Positions 49,296 to 58,713 of a stretch of 64,000 nt of DNA are shown piece after piece; the first letter of the stretch is position 1; each line of letters starts with the position of its first letter. The translations under genes were made by a program, and so were the position numbers. Below the pieces are notes generated by a model. The model was not told the DNA's origin. It did not search any database and worked only from the letters and a program-made list of their open reading frames with translations. Origin of the DNA: a virus. The DNA lies in the UHGV virus genome UHGV-0039337, one strand, 5' to 3'.

Positions 49296-49511
49296 TAAAA
49301 ATATAAAAATACAGTTATAAATAATATTTATTTGAAAATAATTAAAAGACAATGTTATGTCAGTTAAGTATTATATTTTAATACACCTTCTTATAATTTA
49401 ATAGGGGGGTGTATTTTATTATGATTTTTTACAATAATAATAAAGAAGAGGCAGAAAAAAATATGGAACAAGTTTATGAATTACTAGCAGAAATTTTAAT
49501 AGAAAGCGAGA

Positions 49512-50906
49512 GTGATAATAATGAAAAATCAATTACTTAATATAGCTTATTTGCGTTGTAGTACAGATGACCAAGATGTAGCACATCAATTATCAAGTAT
49601 AGAAAAATTCTGCGAAAGTCAAAATATAGTTATAGACAAAGTAATTAAAGACGAAGGCGTAAGTGCTTATAGTAAAAGTGCATATGAAAGAAAAGGCTTT
49701 AGTGAAGTAATACATTTAGTAGAAGAAAACAAGGTTAATAAACTTATATTATTCGAATCTTCTAGATTATCTAGAAATTTTCATGAAGGACAAAATTTAA
49801 TTAAATTCTTTAGTGACAAAAGAGTGGAGATATATAGTGTAGTAGATGGTGGTATAATTAATGCTACTGAAGTAGATGAATTATTAAATAGTATTAGGTA
49901 TTGGCTTAATCAAAAAGCCAGTAAAGAAACAAGTGATAGAATTAAAAGTCAAAAAAAGTTAGCTAAATCCAAAGGAGAATTTCTGGGACATCCTGTTCCA
50001 CTAGGATTTAAAATAGAAAACAAGCATGAAATTATAGACGAAGATAAGCGTAATTTTATTATTGAATTATTTAATACTTATATTAATCAAAGTTCTAGAG
50101 CATGTATAGATTTATTAAAAACTATAGGAATCAAAGCTAATCATCAAACGCTATTGCAAAGGATAAAAAATGATAAATATATACAAATAGTAGGAAAAGA
50201 TACTTTTAACAAAGCCCAAGAAACCATACAATCTAGAAGATGTAATAAAGGAAATAATACCAGAACTTTAAACAGGAGTAATATTTTATATGAGGGTTTA
50301 TTATACCATCTATGTGGTAGCAAACTTACAATAGATAAAAATAGAAAAGGTGAACCTGTTTTTAGATGTAGAAGATGCAAACATAATTTAGATATAAATA
50401 TTAAAAAATCTTTTATTGGTAATCCTTTAATGAACAATATTAACAAAGATATGTATGAAATAATCAATAATTTAGATAGGAATAAATTAGAAGAGAAGTA
50501 TAAAGAACGTAATAACAAACAACGCTCAATAATATCTTACAAAATACACGAACTAAAAGCATCTATTAAAAGCAAGAAAAAATCTTATGCTTTAGCTAAT
50601 AATAAATTAGAAAAAATATTAATATCTGATATGGATGATTCACTTATATCTACTGTGGCTAATACTGTTAACAATATAAAAAAAGAGATAGAAGAATTAG
50701 AAAAGGAATTAAATATTGAGCAAGAAAAAATAGATACTATAGACGAACAAGCGAAATTTAATGCTGGTTTAATTAATAAAATAATCAACTTAAAAGATGT
50801 GTATATAAACGGAAGTGACAAGAAAAAGAAGGCTATACTTAACTTTATGATAGATAAAGTAATAGTTTATGACATTGATAAGTTTGATATTTTTTTAAAA
50901 ATATGA
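49512..50906 (+). CDS. large serine recombinase (resolvase catalytic domain, recombinase domain, zinc ribbon, coiled-coil tail)
   Basis: N-terminus LNIAYLRCSTDDQDVAHQ carries the serine-recombinase catalytic motif (R-x-S-T-x-x-Q). A Cys-x2-Cys-x16-Cys-x2-Cys zinc ribbon (CGSKLTIDKNRKGEPVFRCRRCKHN) and a K/E-rich coiled-coil C-terminus follow. At 464 aa it falls in the large-serine-recombinase class (phiC31 Int / TnpX / SpoIVCA), not the small Gin/Hin invertases. The start may be ATG 49521 rather than GTG 49512. Confidence 0.8.
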   Translation: MIIMKNQLLNIAYLRCSTDDQDVAHQLSSIEKFCESQNIVIDKVIKDEGVSAYSKSAYERKGFSEVIHLVEENKVNKLILFESSRLSRNFHEGQNLIKFFSDKRVEIYSVVDGGIINATEVDELLNSIRYWLNQKASKETSDRIKSQKKLAKSKGEFLGHPVPLGFKIENKHEIIDEDKRNFIIELFNTYINQSSRACIDLLKTIGIKANHQTLLQRIKNDKYIQIVGKDTFNKAQETIQSRRCNKGNNTRTLNRSNILYEGLLYHLCGSKLTIDKNRKGEPVFRCRRCKHNLDINIKKSFIGNPLMNNINKDMYEIINNLDRNKLEEKYKERNNKQRSIISYKIHELKASIKSKKKSYALANNKLEKILISDMDDSLISTVANTVNNIKKEIEELEKELNIEQEKIDTIDEQAKFNAGLINKIINLKDVYINGSDKKKKAILNFMIDKVIVYDIDKFDIFLKI

Positions 50907-50984
50907 TGGTTGAGCATTATAATAGTTGTTGCATTTATTATACTTAACCACAAAGGTAATATTTTATAGAAAGGAGCTGATGCA

Positions 50985-52934
50985 ATGGCTAAAAAAGAGC
51001 AGTTTGATGCTTTACAAATAGTAAATGACAGTCTAAAACTTTATGTAAAAGAAAAAATAGCAGAAGCGAAAATATCAGGTGGAGATGTTGATCTTAGTAA
51101 TTATGTTACTAAAATTACAGGTAATGCTAGTCAAATTACTTTTAATGATGGTCAATCTTTTCAAGATAAATTAAATAATGGCACTTTAAAAGGTGATAAA
51201 GGAGACAAAGGTAATGATGGTGCAATTGGACCTCAAGGACCTGCTGGTGAAAAAGGTGACCAAGGTGAAGTAGGGCCTCAAGGACCTGCCGGAGAAAAAG
51301 GAGATACTGGCCCACAAGGACTAGCAGGTGTTGATGGTACACCTGGAGCTAAAGGTGATAAAGGTGAAATTGGAGAACAGGGACCAAAAGGAGATACTGG
51401 ACCTGCCGGTAAAGATGGAGCTGATGGATTAACTACAGCTGTATCTGTTAATGGTGTTACTTATAACCATATTAATGGAGTAATTACATTGCCTAACTAT
51501 CTTAGTCAAATATATAAAACTCCTAAATTTATTACAACAACTACTACTTCATACAAAGATTCGTCAGGTAATACAGGTTTTACAATAGATTTAGGTATTC
51601 CTACGACTTCTGTATTATCTATAGATAGTATAGTTGTTACTGCTAAATATCAAAATACTGATTTAAAAATAACTCATGTAAAATTAGAAAACAATTCAAC
51701 TAATTGGAATTTATTGGCAACAGTAGAGGGATATGATGCTAATCAAAAATATACTGTATCAGTAGCCATATTTAATTATGGAGAAGAATTAACTGTAGCG
51801 GAAGCATTAAATAAATTATTTGCTAAAGTTTATTTAGGTTCTATATCTCCCGCTGGCTCTGGTAGTGGAGAAACTACTACTGAAACATTAACTATAAGCA
51901 ATATAGCAAATATAACACAAAATATTAAAACATCATTCTATATAGAATATAGCACTAATATAGCGGTGACAAAACATGAAGTATCGTGGGATGGTGGAGA
52001 CACATTCTATGATAAAACTGGTGACGTTACTTCTATTGGTAATAATCATAAGTTTTTACATGACGATAAAGCAAATGCTGGAACATATAACATGGCTATA
52101 AGAGTTACAACTGCTAAAGGTACAACTAAGACAAGTAATATATTTACTGTTACTTTAGTAGATAATAGTGAAGATGAATATGCTATGTCTTGTACTTCTG
52201 AATATATTCTAGACAAGATGTATCCAATGCCACAAAACCATGAAGCAGTACCGAGTGGTGTTACTGATACATGGGCTACTCAATCTCGTTGGGAGAATCA
52301 ACAAAGACCTACTGCCGCAGCACATAACTGTGGTCAAGCGAATTGTCCAGGAGCAGTACAATTTAAAGCTTTAGGTGCTTGGGCTAATGTATATAGAGTA
52401 AAAGATTCAGGATTTAGTTCTAATACTGGAGTTGAAATGAGAAACATAAAAGTTTACGGATGGTATAATGGTCAATGGGAAAAAGTACAAGATATGGCTG
52501 TGCCTGATGGTAATTTTTACACTGAAAGTTTCTCTGGAGATAGTAATCAATACTTTAGTGACAGTATTAAAACTACAAGCACTAGTAAAACTATAATTTT
52601 AAGAGAAAAAAATAAGGTTAATGGTGAAAACTGCATGTACCACCCATTCTCAAAAATAAAGAATTTTGATGTAAAATATGAATATGTATATACTTGCATA
52701 GATTTACGTAAGGTCAAATGGGATGAAAGTGGAGTAGATGATAGAGATAGTTCTCATTACTGTGCAAGTTGTGGTGGTGACTGGTGGTTAGCTGAAGGGT
52801 TAACATTTGATAGTAGTTGGCAACATAACAAAGGTGTAGCCCAACCTAAGATAATAGAAATTACAAATAAGTGGAGAAGATTCTCTATGACTACTGTTCC
52901 ACAAGACTGGACAAGTGGGTTTCCCACCAAATAG
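50985..52934 (+). CDS. collagen-like fibre protein (649 aa)
   Basis: GAAAGGAGCTGA SD. About 80 residues of uninterrupted G-X-Y triplets ([79 protein letters not shown]). Contains a module ([22 protein letters not shown]...TVTLVDN) paralogous to a segment of the 53692 gene. Confidence 0.6.
   Translation: MAKKEQFDALQIVNDSLKLYVKEKIAEAKISGGDVDLSNYVTKITGNASQITFNDGQSFQDKLNNGTLKGDKGDKGNDGAIGPQGPAGEKGDQGEVGPQGPAGEKGDTGPQGLAGVDGTPGAKGDKGEIGEQGPKGDTGPAGKDGADGLTTAVSVNGVTYNHINGVITLPNYLSQIYKTPKFITTTTTSYKDSSGNTGFTIDLGIPTTSVLSIDSIVVTAKYQNTDLKITHVKLENNSTNWNLLATVEGYDANQKYTVSVAIFNYGEELTVAEALNKLFAKVYLGSISPAGSGSGETTTETLTISNIANITQNIKTSFYIEYSTNIAVTKHEVSWDGGDTFYDKTGDVTSIGNNHKFLHDDKANAGTYNMAIRVTTAKGTTKTSNIFTVTLVDNSEDEYAMSCTSEYILDKMYPMPQNHEAVPSGVTDTWATQSRWENQQRPTAAAHNCGQANCPGAVQFKALGAWANVYRVKDSGFSSNTGVEMRNIKVYGWYNGQWEKVQDMAVPDGNFYTESFSGDSNQYFSDSIKTTSTSKTIILREKNKVNGENCMYHPFSKIKNFDVKYEYVYTCIDLRKVKWDESGVDDRDSSHYCASCGGDWWLAEGLTFDSSWQHNKGVAQPKIIEITNKWRRFSMTTVPQDWTSGFPTK
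51192..51428 (+). repeat. collagen G-X-Y triplet repeat coding region
   Basis: Tandem ggNNNNNNN triplet codon periodicity visible in the sequence. Confidence 0.7.
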
Positions 52935-53685
52935 TGATAGTGAAAATGAAACTGTAACAGTTGATGCTCTAGAAATATTGCCTTCATTTACTTATGCTGA
53001 TATTCCAGAAGAAGGAACTAAAAATTTATATGTAAAATTATCTAGTAAACCAGATTCAGATATTATAGTAAATACTACTTCATCATCACAATATTTATCT
53101 TGTTCACCTTCTTCATTGACTTTTACAAATACAAATTGGAGCGTATCACAAAAAATAGCTATAAGCTCATTAAAAGATAATAATGAATCTGATGATACAT
53201 ATAATATAACATTGTCATCAAATGATTTATCTTCTAAAGTTTCAATAGAAGTTACTGATGCTTCTAATAGCAATTATGAAATGTTATATGATAATGGTGT
53301 ATTATCTCATGGTACTTTGACTTTAAACAATGCTACAAATTATGGAAGCTATATTACAATAACTCAAAACGAAAATTCTTCTGTTATGATAAGTGGTTAC
53401 CCTATATCATTAAATAAAAATGATAAGGTTTATTTACAGTTAGGATTAGACACATCAGACCCAGCTTCTACATATTCTATAAAAATAGGTCAACTTGGAG
53501 ACTCATCAGCTAATGACATAAGTAATAGTAATATGCTTACAGAGCAACAAATATCAAACGCATTAGATGGTGATAAAATATTAACATATTGGACTGTAGC
53601 AAATGCAGTATCAAATATTGATTTAACCATTACATCATATTATGCTAGAGTTAAAATTTATAAGATATATATTGAAAGGGGGTAG
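52915..53685 (+). CDS. fibre C-terminal module ORF; possibly expressed as a +1 frameshift extension of the collagen-like gene
   Basis: GTG start overlaps the last 20 nt of the previous gene in the +1 frame. There is no SD upstream. The +1 frame is open from 52891. The product ([39 protein letters not shown]...[13 protein letters not shown]) is paralogous to an internal module of the 53692 gene. Confidence 0.4.
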   Translation: MGFPPNSDSENETVTVDALEILPSFTYADIPEEGTKNLYVKLSSKPDSDIIVNTTSSSQYLSCSPSSLTFTNTNWSVSQKIAISSLKDNNESDDTYNITLSSNDLSSKVSIEVTDASNSNYEMLYDNGVLSHGTLTLNNATNYGSYITITQNENSSVMISGYPISLNKNDKVYLQLGLDTSDPASTYSIKIGQLGDSSANDISNSNMLTEQQISNALDGDKILTYWTVANAVSNIDLTITSYYARVKIYKIYIERG

Positions 53686-53691
53686 TAATTT

Positions 53692-56600
53692 ATGGCTAAT
53701 CAAATAATAAATTCAAAAAATTTAACTTCAAAAGAAATTCCAGAATTATATATAAGATATTTTAATTCAAAGGTAAAAATAAATACAGATATAACTATTC
53801 CTTATTATGTATCAGATAATACTCAAGCTGAATATCTAAATAATAGTAATGCTAAAAGTTTTACAACTATAGTTACATTTAATTCAAAAGTATTTTCCAG
53901 CACTACTACTGCTGGAGAATTTACTATTAATATAGGGTCTGTATCTACTGTAGGAGAAACTTATTTTAGTATTTATACTATAGATAACAATGGTGTTGCT
54001 AGCGCGGAACAATTTTTTGATATACTAATTATAGATGATACATATCCAATAACTCAAAGTCAAACTTACACTATGACTTCAGCAGATTTATCTACTTACA
54101 ATATAAAAGCTGGAGAGTCTGTATCTATAAGTGATGCTAAATTAAACGGAGCATCTTTAATAAGTTTATTTAAAGGAGTTAAAGATAAAGGTTATAGAAA
54201 AATTATAATGCTTAATAATATCTATATGCTAGATTACCATGGAAATAAAGTTATTCTTCCAGACCAATTTACTGTGGATATGAATGGGGCAACTTTTAAA
54301 GCTACACAATGTAATGATATAAATGTAGCTAATTTAGTAGATTTAAGAGATTGCTTTGATTCTCATGTAATAAACGGAAAACTAATTGGTAATTATGATG
54401 GATTTGATTTTGCGGCAACAAAAACTAATACTAATTATAACATACCTGGAGAAGGATTGGCTGTTGCTGAAATTAATGGTGCTAGATATTCTTCATTTGA
54501 AAATATGGATATGTCTTACTCAGTAGGGTATAACTTAGGAGTTTTCGGTGGAAAAAAATCAGGGTATGTTGGAACTCCAGGAAAATTAGCTTTTAAGAAT
54601 CAATACTATATTGATGCCAATGGAAATCAAGTAAATAGTTCAGATATGTGTACAACTGATATTATAGATATTTCTACTTTATTAGACAGAGGAGAGTTAC
54701 AATGTAGTGTATATTTAGGATATGGAGGATTATCATTAGATAAAGCAGAATTATTTATACATTTTTACGATAGCTCTCAAAAATATCTAAAAACTATAAA
54801 AACTAGACAATATCAAATAGTAAAGATTCCTGCAGGAGCAAATTATGTAAGAATAACTGGGTTTACTTCTGTAACTGAATCTTCTGGTTTAACTATATGT
54901 TGTACAGGACAAGCGACTAATTGTGAATTAATAAATATAAAATCTCATAATACCAGAACTTGTGCTATGCATCCAGGAATTTATAATCATCTGCTTATAA
55001 AAGATTGTACATTCAACAAAGTTGCAGATGAGAATGAATATAAAGTAACTAAATTAGCTTTAGACTTTGAAGATGGATATGAAAACGGAAGAAATTTATT
55101 CTTTATAAATAATGAAGTATATGATGGGACTTCAGCACTAACAGTTCAGAGATGTTTTAATTGTAATGTTATTAAGTGTAGAAATTTTGGATTAGACTTA
55201 AGAGGACATATAAAAGGAGCTTTAATTAAAAATAATTTCTTTAATGAAGGAAGCATATATACAACTAATTTTGATTCCCAATCTCATATGAAATTAGATA
55301 ATAATACATTCTTCAGATCTTTGAAATTTTTAAAATGGGATGATAAAGGAAATTACCCTACAGTAGGATTGACTAATTTAGACTGTAAACAAAATTATCA
55401 AAATAATTCTAATACTAATGTAGTAATAGATAATGCTGTTAATGGAAGTGGTAGTGGAGGAGCTCCATCTCAAACATATTATAATATTATAAATAATATA
55501 TCAAATTGTACTACTGATAATAGTGATAATTTAGTATTGAAAGATTCTTCATATAAAGCTACGATAACTCCAAAGAGTGGATATGATATAACTTCAATAA
55601 CTGTAACTATGGGTGGAGTTGATATAACTTCTACTGCATTATCTGGACATACGATAAATATAGAAAAAGTTACTGGAAATGTTAATATAAATGTAACTAC
55701 TAAAGAAATAGAAAGTTATAGAATAACAAATAATTTAACTAATTGTACAAATTCAAACACTACAAGTAGCATATTAAAGAATAAAAGTTATAGTGGTACT
55801 ATAGTATCTAATGAAGGATATGATTTATATAGTATAACAGTAACAATGGATGGAACCGATATAACTTCATCTTCTGTAAGTGGAAATTCTATAAATGTAT
55901 CTAGTGTAACCGGAGATATTATTATAACAGCTGTATGTACTACAGAAGTGACTGAGGTTATATATGACAACGGTACTCTAAATAAAGGTACATTTAAATT
56001 GAAGAATGCTACTGCTGAGAGTACTTATATCAGAATAAATCAAAATCAAGATTCTTCTGTTACTATAAATGATTATAAATTAACTTTGAATAAAAATGAT
56101 AAAGTTTATATGGATATAGGATTAGATACTGATAGTCCATCAAATGGATATTCTATAAGAATGCTTCAATTAGGAGATTCTTCAGTAAACAATTTTACAA
56201 ATACAAATATGATAAATGAATCTCAAATATCTACTGCTTTAAATGGTAAAGATAAAGTTACTATATATTGGACTATAGCAAACACAGTATCTAATATTGA
56301 TTTAACATTAACATCATATTTTGCTAGAGTTAAAATATTTAAAATTTGGATAGATAAAAATTCTACCGAATCTGGAGGTGGAGGAACCACTCCAGAAACA
56401 TTAACTATTAGTAATATATCCAACATGACACAACCTGCTCAAACAGAATTTTATATAGAATATACTACAAATATAGCTGTAGTAAAACATGAAGTGTCAT
56501 GGGACGGCGGTAACATGTTCTATGATAAAACTAGCGATGTAACTTCTAATGGAACATCATATAAATTTAAACATGATAATGCAGGAACTGCTGGAACATA

Positions 56601-58026
56601 CAAAATGGCTATAAGGGTTACTACTTCAAGTGGAGAAACTGTAACAAGTAATATATTCACAGTTACTTTAATGAATGATAATGGATTAGTTTTCACGCAG
56701 TATAAAAAATTAGATGATGGTGTAGTTACAGATACTACGGATACGAAATACCATAGTACTATTAATAAAATATCAGTAACTCCATCAGCAAAATATACAC
56801 TTGATCTAAAACCTGTAAGTTATGTTTGTATATGTTTCTATGATAATAATGACACTTATTTAGGTAATAATTCAGGGGGATACATAGAAAACCATACATC
56901 AGATTGGTCAGTTGGTTCATTATCAACAACTTTTACTGTGCCAGCTAGTGCTTCATATATTAGAGTATGTGGTACAACTGATGATACACAAGTAACAGGA
57001 ACACTAACTAAATCTTCTTCTGGTACAGGTACAAGTACAAGTGAATTATTAGATAGTGATGGCGCTTACGTTATAGATGATTTCTCAAGTAACACAATAG
57101 ATTCTAATAAATGGTCATATGAATTGGGTTACGTAAGAAATAATGAAACTCAAAGATATACAAATACAAACGCTGAAGTCAACGACGGTATATTAGCTTT
57201 AAGAGGTTTAAAGGCCAGTGATGGTTCATGGACATCTGCATCTATTATTTCAAAAGGTCACTTCGCCTTCATGTATGGTAAAATAGTTGCCAGAGTTAGG
57301 GCTTGTAACTTAAATGGAGCATTTGGAGCATTTTGGACTTTAGGTGATTCATTTGAATTTGGATATAAAGAAAATGGTAGTCCTGATACATTAGGTGAGT
57401 GGTGGGCATACTGTGGTGAGTTTGACGTTATGGAATTTTACAATGGAAAATTGACTTGTGGCACTTTCTTCAATCAAAAGGAAGAAAGTGGACGTGTATG
57501 GTACAACAATTATCCAACTGGTGATTGGCATGAATTCGCAATGGAATGGAAAACTGACGGTACATTAATTTTTACTATTGATGGTAATGAGTTAAGTAGA
57601 ACAAACGCAACAGATAATAGAGCATTCCATATACCACACTTTATACTACTTAATCAAGCAATTGGTGCTAGTGGTGGTACTCCTGATAGTAATACTACAG
57701 AAATCACTCAATACGTTGACTGGGTTAAATATTATCCACTAAGTACCGATAACGTAGTATTAAATTCTAGTGACTTTACACTAGCTGCTATGGATGCTAA
57801 TGATAGTTCACATAACTGTATGGTAAGACCTACTTTTAATGACAACTGTATTAATAAATCATTAACATGGAGTTCTAGTAATGATAGTCTTGTATGGGTT
57901 CATAGTGGATTATGTAGTACTTATGCAGGAGCTAATGGTGAAGTAATAATAACTGCCACTTCACACTCAGGTGTATCAAAACAAATTACATTAACAGTAG
58001 CAGACGGAATACTACGTGCTAAATAA
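53692..58026 (+). CDS. fibre/tailspike with right-handed beta-helix region, duplicated modules, GH16 (laminarinase-type) glycoside hydrolase domain and C-terminal Big_2 domain (1444 aa)
   Basis: GAAAGGGGGTAG SD. Beta-helix-like region NCELINIKSHNTRTCAMHPGIYNHLLIKDCTFNKV..CFNCNVIKCRNFGLDLRG. GH16-like region about nt 57070-57745 carries the E-x-D-x-x-E catalytic motif within GEFDVMEF, flanked by WTSASIISKG and WHEFAMEW. C-terminal Big_2 segment (SLTWSSSNDSLVWVHSGLCSTYAGANGEVIITATSHSGVSKQITLTV). Confidence 0.6.
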   Translation: MANQIINSKNLTSKEIPELYIRYFNSKVKINTDITIPYYVSDNTQAEYLNNSNAKSFTTIVTFNSKVFSSTTTAGEFTINIGSVSTVGETYFSIYTIDNNGVASAEQFFDILIIDDTYPITQSQTYTMTSADLSTYNIKAGESVSISDAKLNGASLISLFKGVKDKGYRKIIMLNNIYMLDYHGNKVILPDQFTVDMNGATFKATQCNDINVANLVDLRDCFDSHVINGKLIGNYDGFDFAATKTNTNYNIPGEGLAVAEINGARYSSFENMDMSYSVGYNLGVFGGKKSGYVGTPGKLAFKNQYYIDANGNQVNSSDMCTTDIIDISTLLDRGELQCSVYLGYGGLSLDKAELFIHFYDSSQKYLKTIKTRQYQIVKIPAGANYVRITGFTSVTESSGLTICCTGQATNCELINIKSHNTRTCAMHPGIYNHLLIKDCTFNKVADENEYKVTKLALDFEDGYENGRNLFFINNEVYDGTSALTVQRCFNCNVIKCRNFGLDLRGHIKGALIKNNFFNEGSIYTTNFDSQSHMKLDNNTFFRSLKFLKWDDKGNYPTVGLTNLDCKQNYQNNSNTNVVIDNAVNGSGSGGAPSQTYYNIINNISNCTTDNSDNLVLKDSSYKATITPKSGYDITSITVTMGGVDITSTALSGHTINIEKVTGNVNINVTTKEIESYRITNNLTNCTNSNTTSSILKNKSYSGTIVSNEGYDLYSITVTMDGTDITSSSVSGNSINVSSVTGDIIITAVCTTEVTEVIYDNGTLNKGTFKLKNATAESTYIRINQNQDSSVTINDYKLTLNKNDKVYMDIGLDTDSPSNGYSIRMLQLGDSSVNNFTNTNMINESQISTALNGKDKVTIYWTIANTVSNIDLTLTSYFARVKIFKIWIDKNSTESGGGGTTPETLTISNISNMTQPAQTEFYIEYTTNIAVVKHEVSWDGGNMFYDKTSDVTSNGTSYKFKHDNAGTAGTYKMAIRVTTSSGETVTSNIFTVTLMNDNGLVFTQYKKLDDGVVTDTTDTKYHSTINKISVTPSAKYTLDLKPVSYVCICFYDNNDTYLGNNSGGYIENHTSDWSVGSLSTTFTVPASASYIRVCGTTDDTQVTGTLTKSSSGTGTSTSELLDSDGAYVIDDFSSNTIDSNKWSYELGYVRNNETQRYTNTNAEVNDGILALRGLKASDGSWTSASIISKGHFAFMYGKIVARVRACNLNGAFGAFWTLGDSFEFGYKENGSPDTLGEWWAYCGEFDVMEFYNGKLTCGTFFNQKEESGRVWYNNYPTGDWHEFAMEWKTDGTLIFTIDGNELSRTNATDNRAFHIPHFILLNQAIGASGGTPDSNTTEITQYVDWVKYYPLSTDNVVLNSSDFTLAAMDANDSSHNCMVRPTFNDNCINKSLTWSSSNDSLVWVHSGLCSTYAGANGEVIITATSHSGVSKQITLTVADGILRAK

Positions 58027-58121
58027 TAGATGATATCGGCAGTAATAATGAGAAGTAAAATAAAGAAATATTTTATTATATATAGCGTTAATATCATATT
58101 TATAAAATGTTTAATATAACG

Positions 58122-58148
58122 AGAGGTCTTTTACAGACCTCTTTTATT
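58122..58148 (+). terminator. rho-independent terminator
   Basis: AGAGGTCT / AGACCTCT stem (8 bp), loop TTTAC, then TTTATT. Confidence 0.65.
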
Positions 58149-58200
58149 ATTTATTCACTTACCGGTAATATTTCAATGAATGAAAGGAGTGATAATTCAT

Positions 58201-58713
58201 ATGTCAGATAATTTAATACATCCTTATTACAATCATGGTTATGCCCGTTATGATATAGATATTAATGATGTAATAGCTGGTCTTAAAAAAGCCGGATATA
58301 TATTAGATGATTCAGATAACGATACGGATGATAATTTTGATAATTTAGACTCTAGCTTAAGGCTTGAAGTGTTAAGCACTCGTGGCACACGTTGTAATAG
58401 TACAGGATTTAATACAATATTATACCCTAGATTATATAAAAATAATATAGATATAACAGATGAAGTACCTGTTAGTAATTTTAAATGGAGAAGAGTTAGT
58501 GGCAATAGTGAAGTAGCTCGTCTTGAGGATGCCGAATGGAATTTACGTTATGCTAATGGTTCTAAAGAATGTTACGTTACAAAAGATGATATAAAACGTA
58601 ACAGTACATTTACATGTTTATATGTAGAATATGAATATCAAGATGTAGCTTATGTTAATACAGCGTATAAAGCTTATATAAATAATGCAAATTTAAATGG
58701 TGGTGATAATTAA
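58201..58713 (+). CDS. hypothetical tail protein (170 aa)
   Basis: ATG 58201 after GAAAGGAGTGA (track start 58180 lies inside the SD). Stop overlaps the next start (TAATG). Confidence 0.4.
   Translation: MSDNLIHPYYNHGYARYDIDINDVIAGLKKAGYILDDSDNDTDDNFDNLDSSLRLEVLSTRGTRCNSTGFNTILYPRLYKNNIDITDEVPVSNFKWRRVSGNSEVARLEDAEWNLRYANGSKECYVTKDDIKRNSTFTCLYVEYEYQDVAYVNTAYKAYINNANLNGGDN

Noticed and set aside
49440-49520. 25-codon micro-ORF (MEQVYELLAEILIESESDNNEKSIT*) upstream of and overlapping the recombinase start as a separate gene
   Set aside because: Too short and lacking a clear SD. Kept only as a note under the recombinase finding (possible leader peptide or excisionase-like remnant), not called as a feature.
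51192-51428. Highly periodic short repeats that could be mistaken for a CRISPR-like or satellite array
   Set aside because: The period is 9 nt (G-X-Y collagen triplets), in frame and coding; there are no spacer/repeat alternation and no cas genes.
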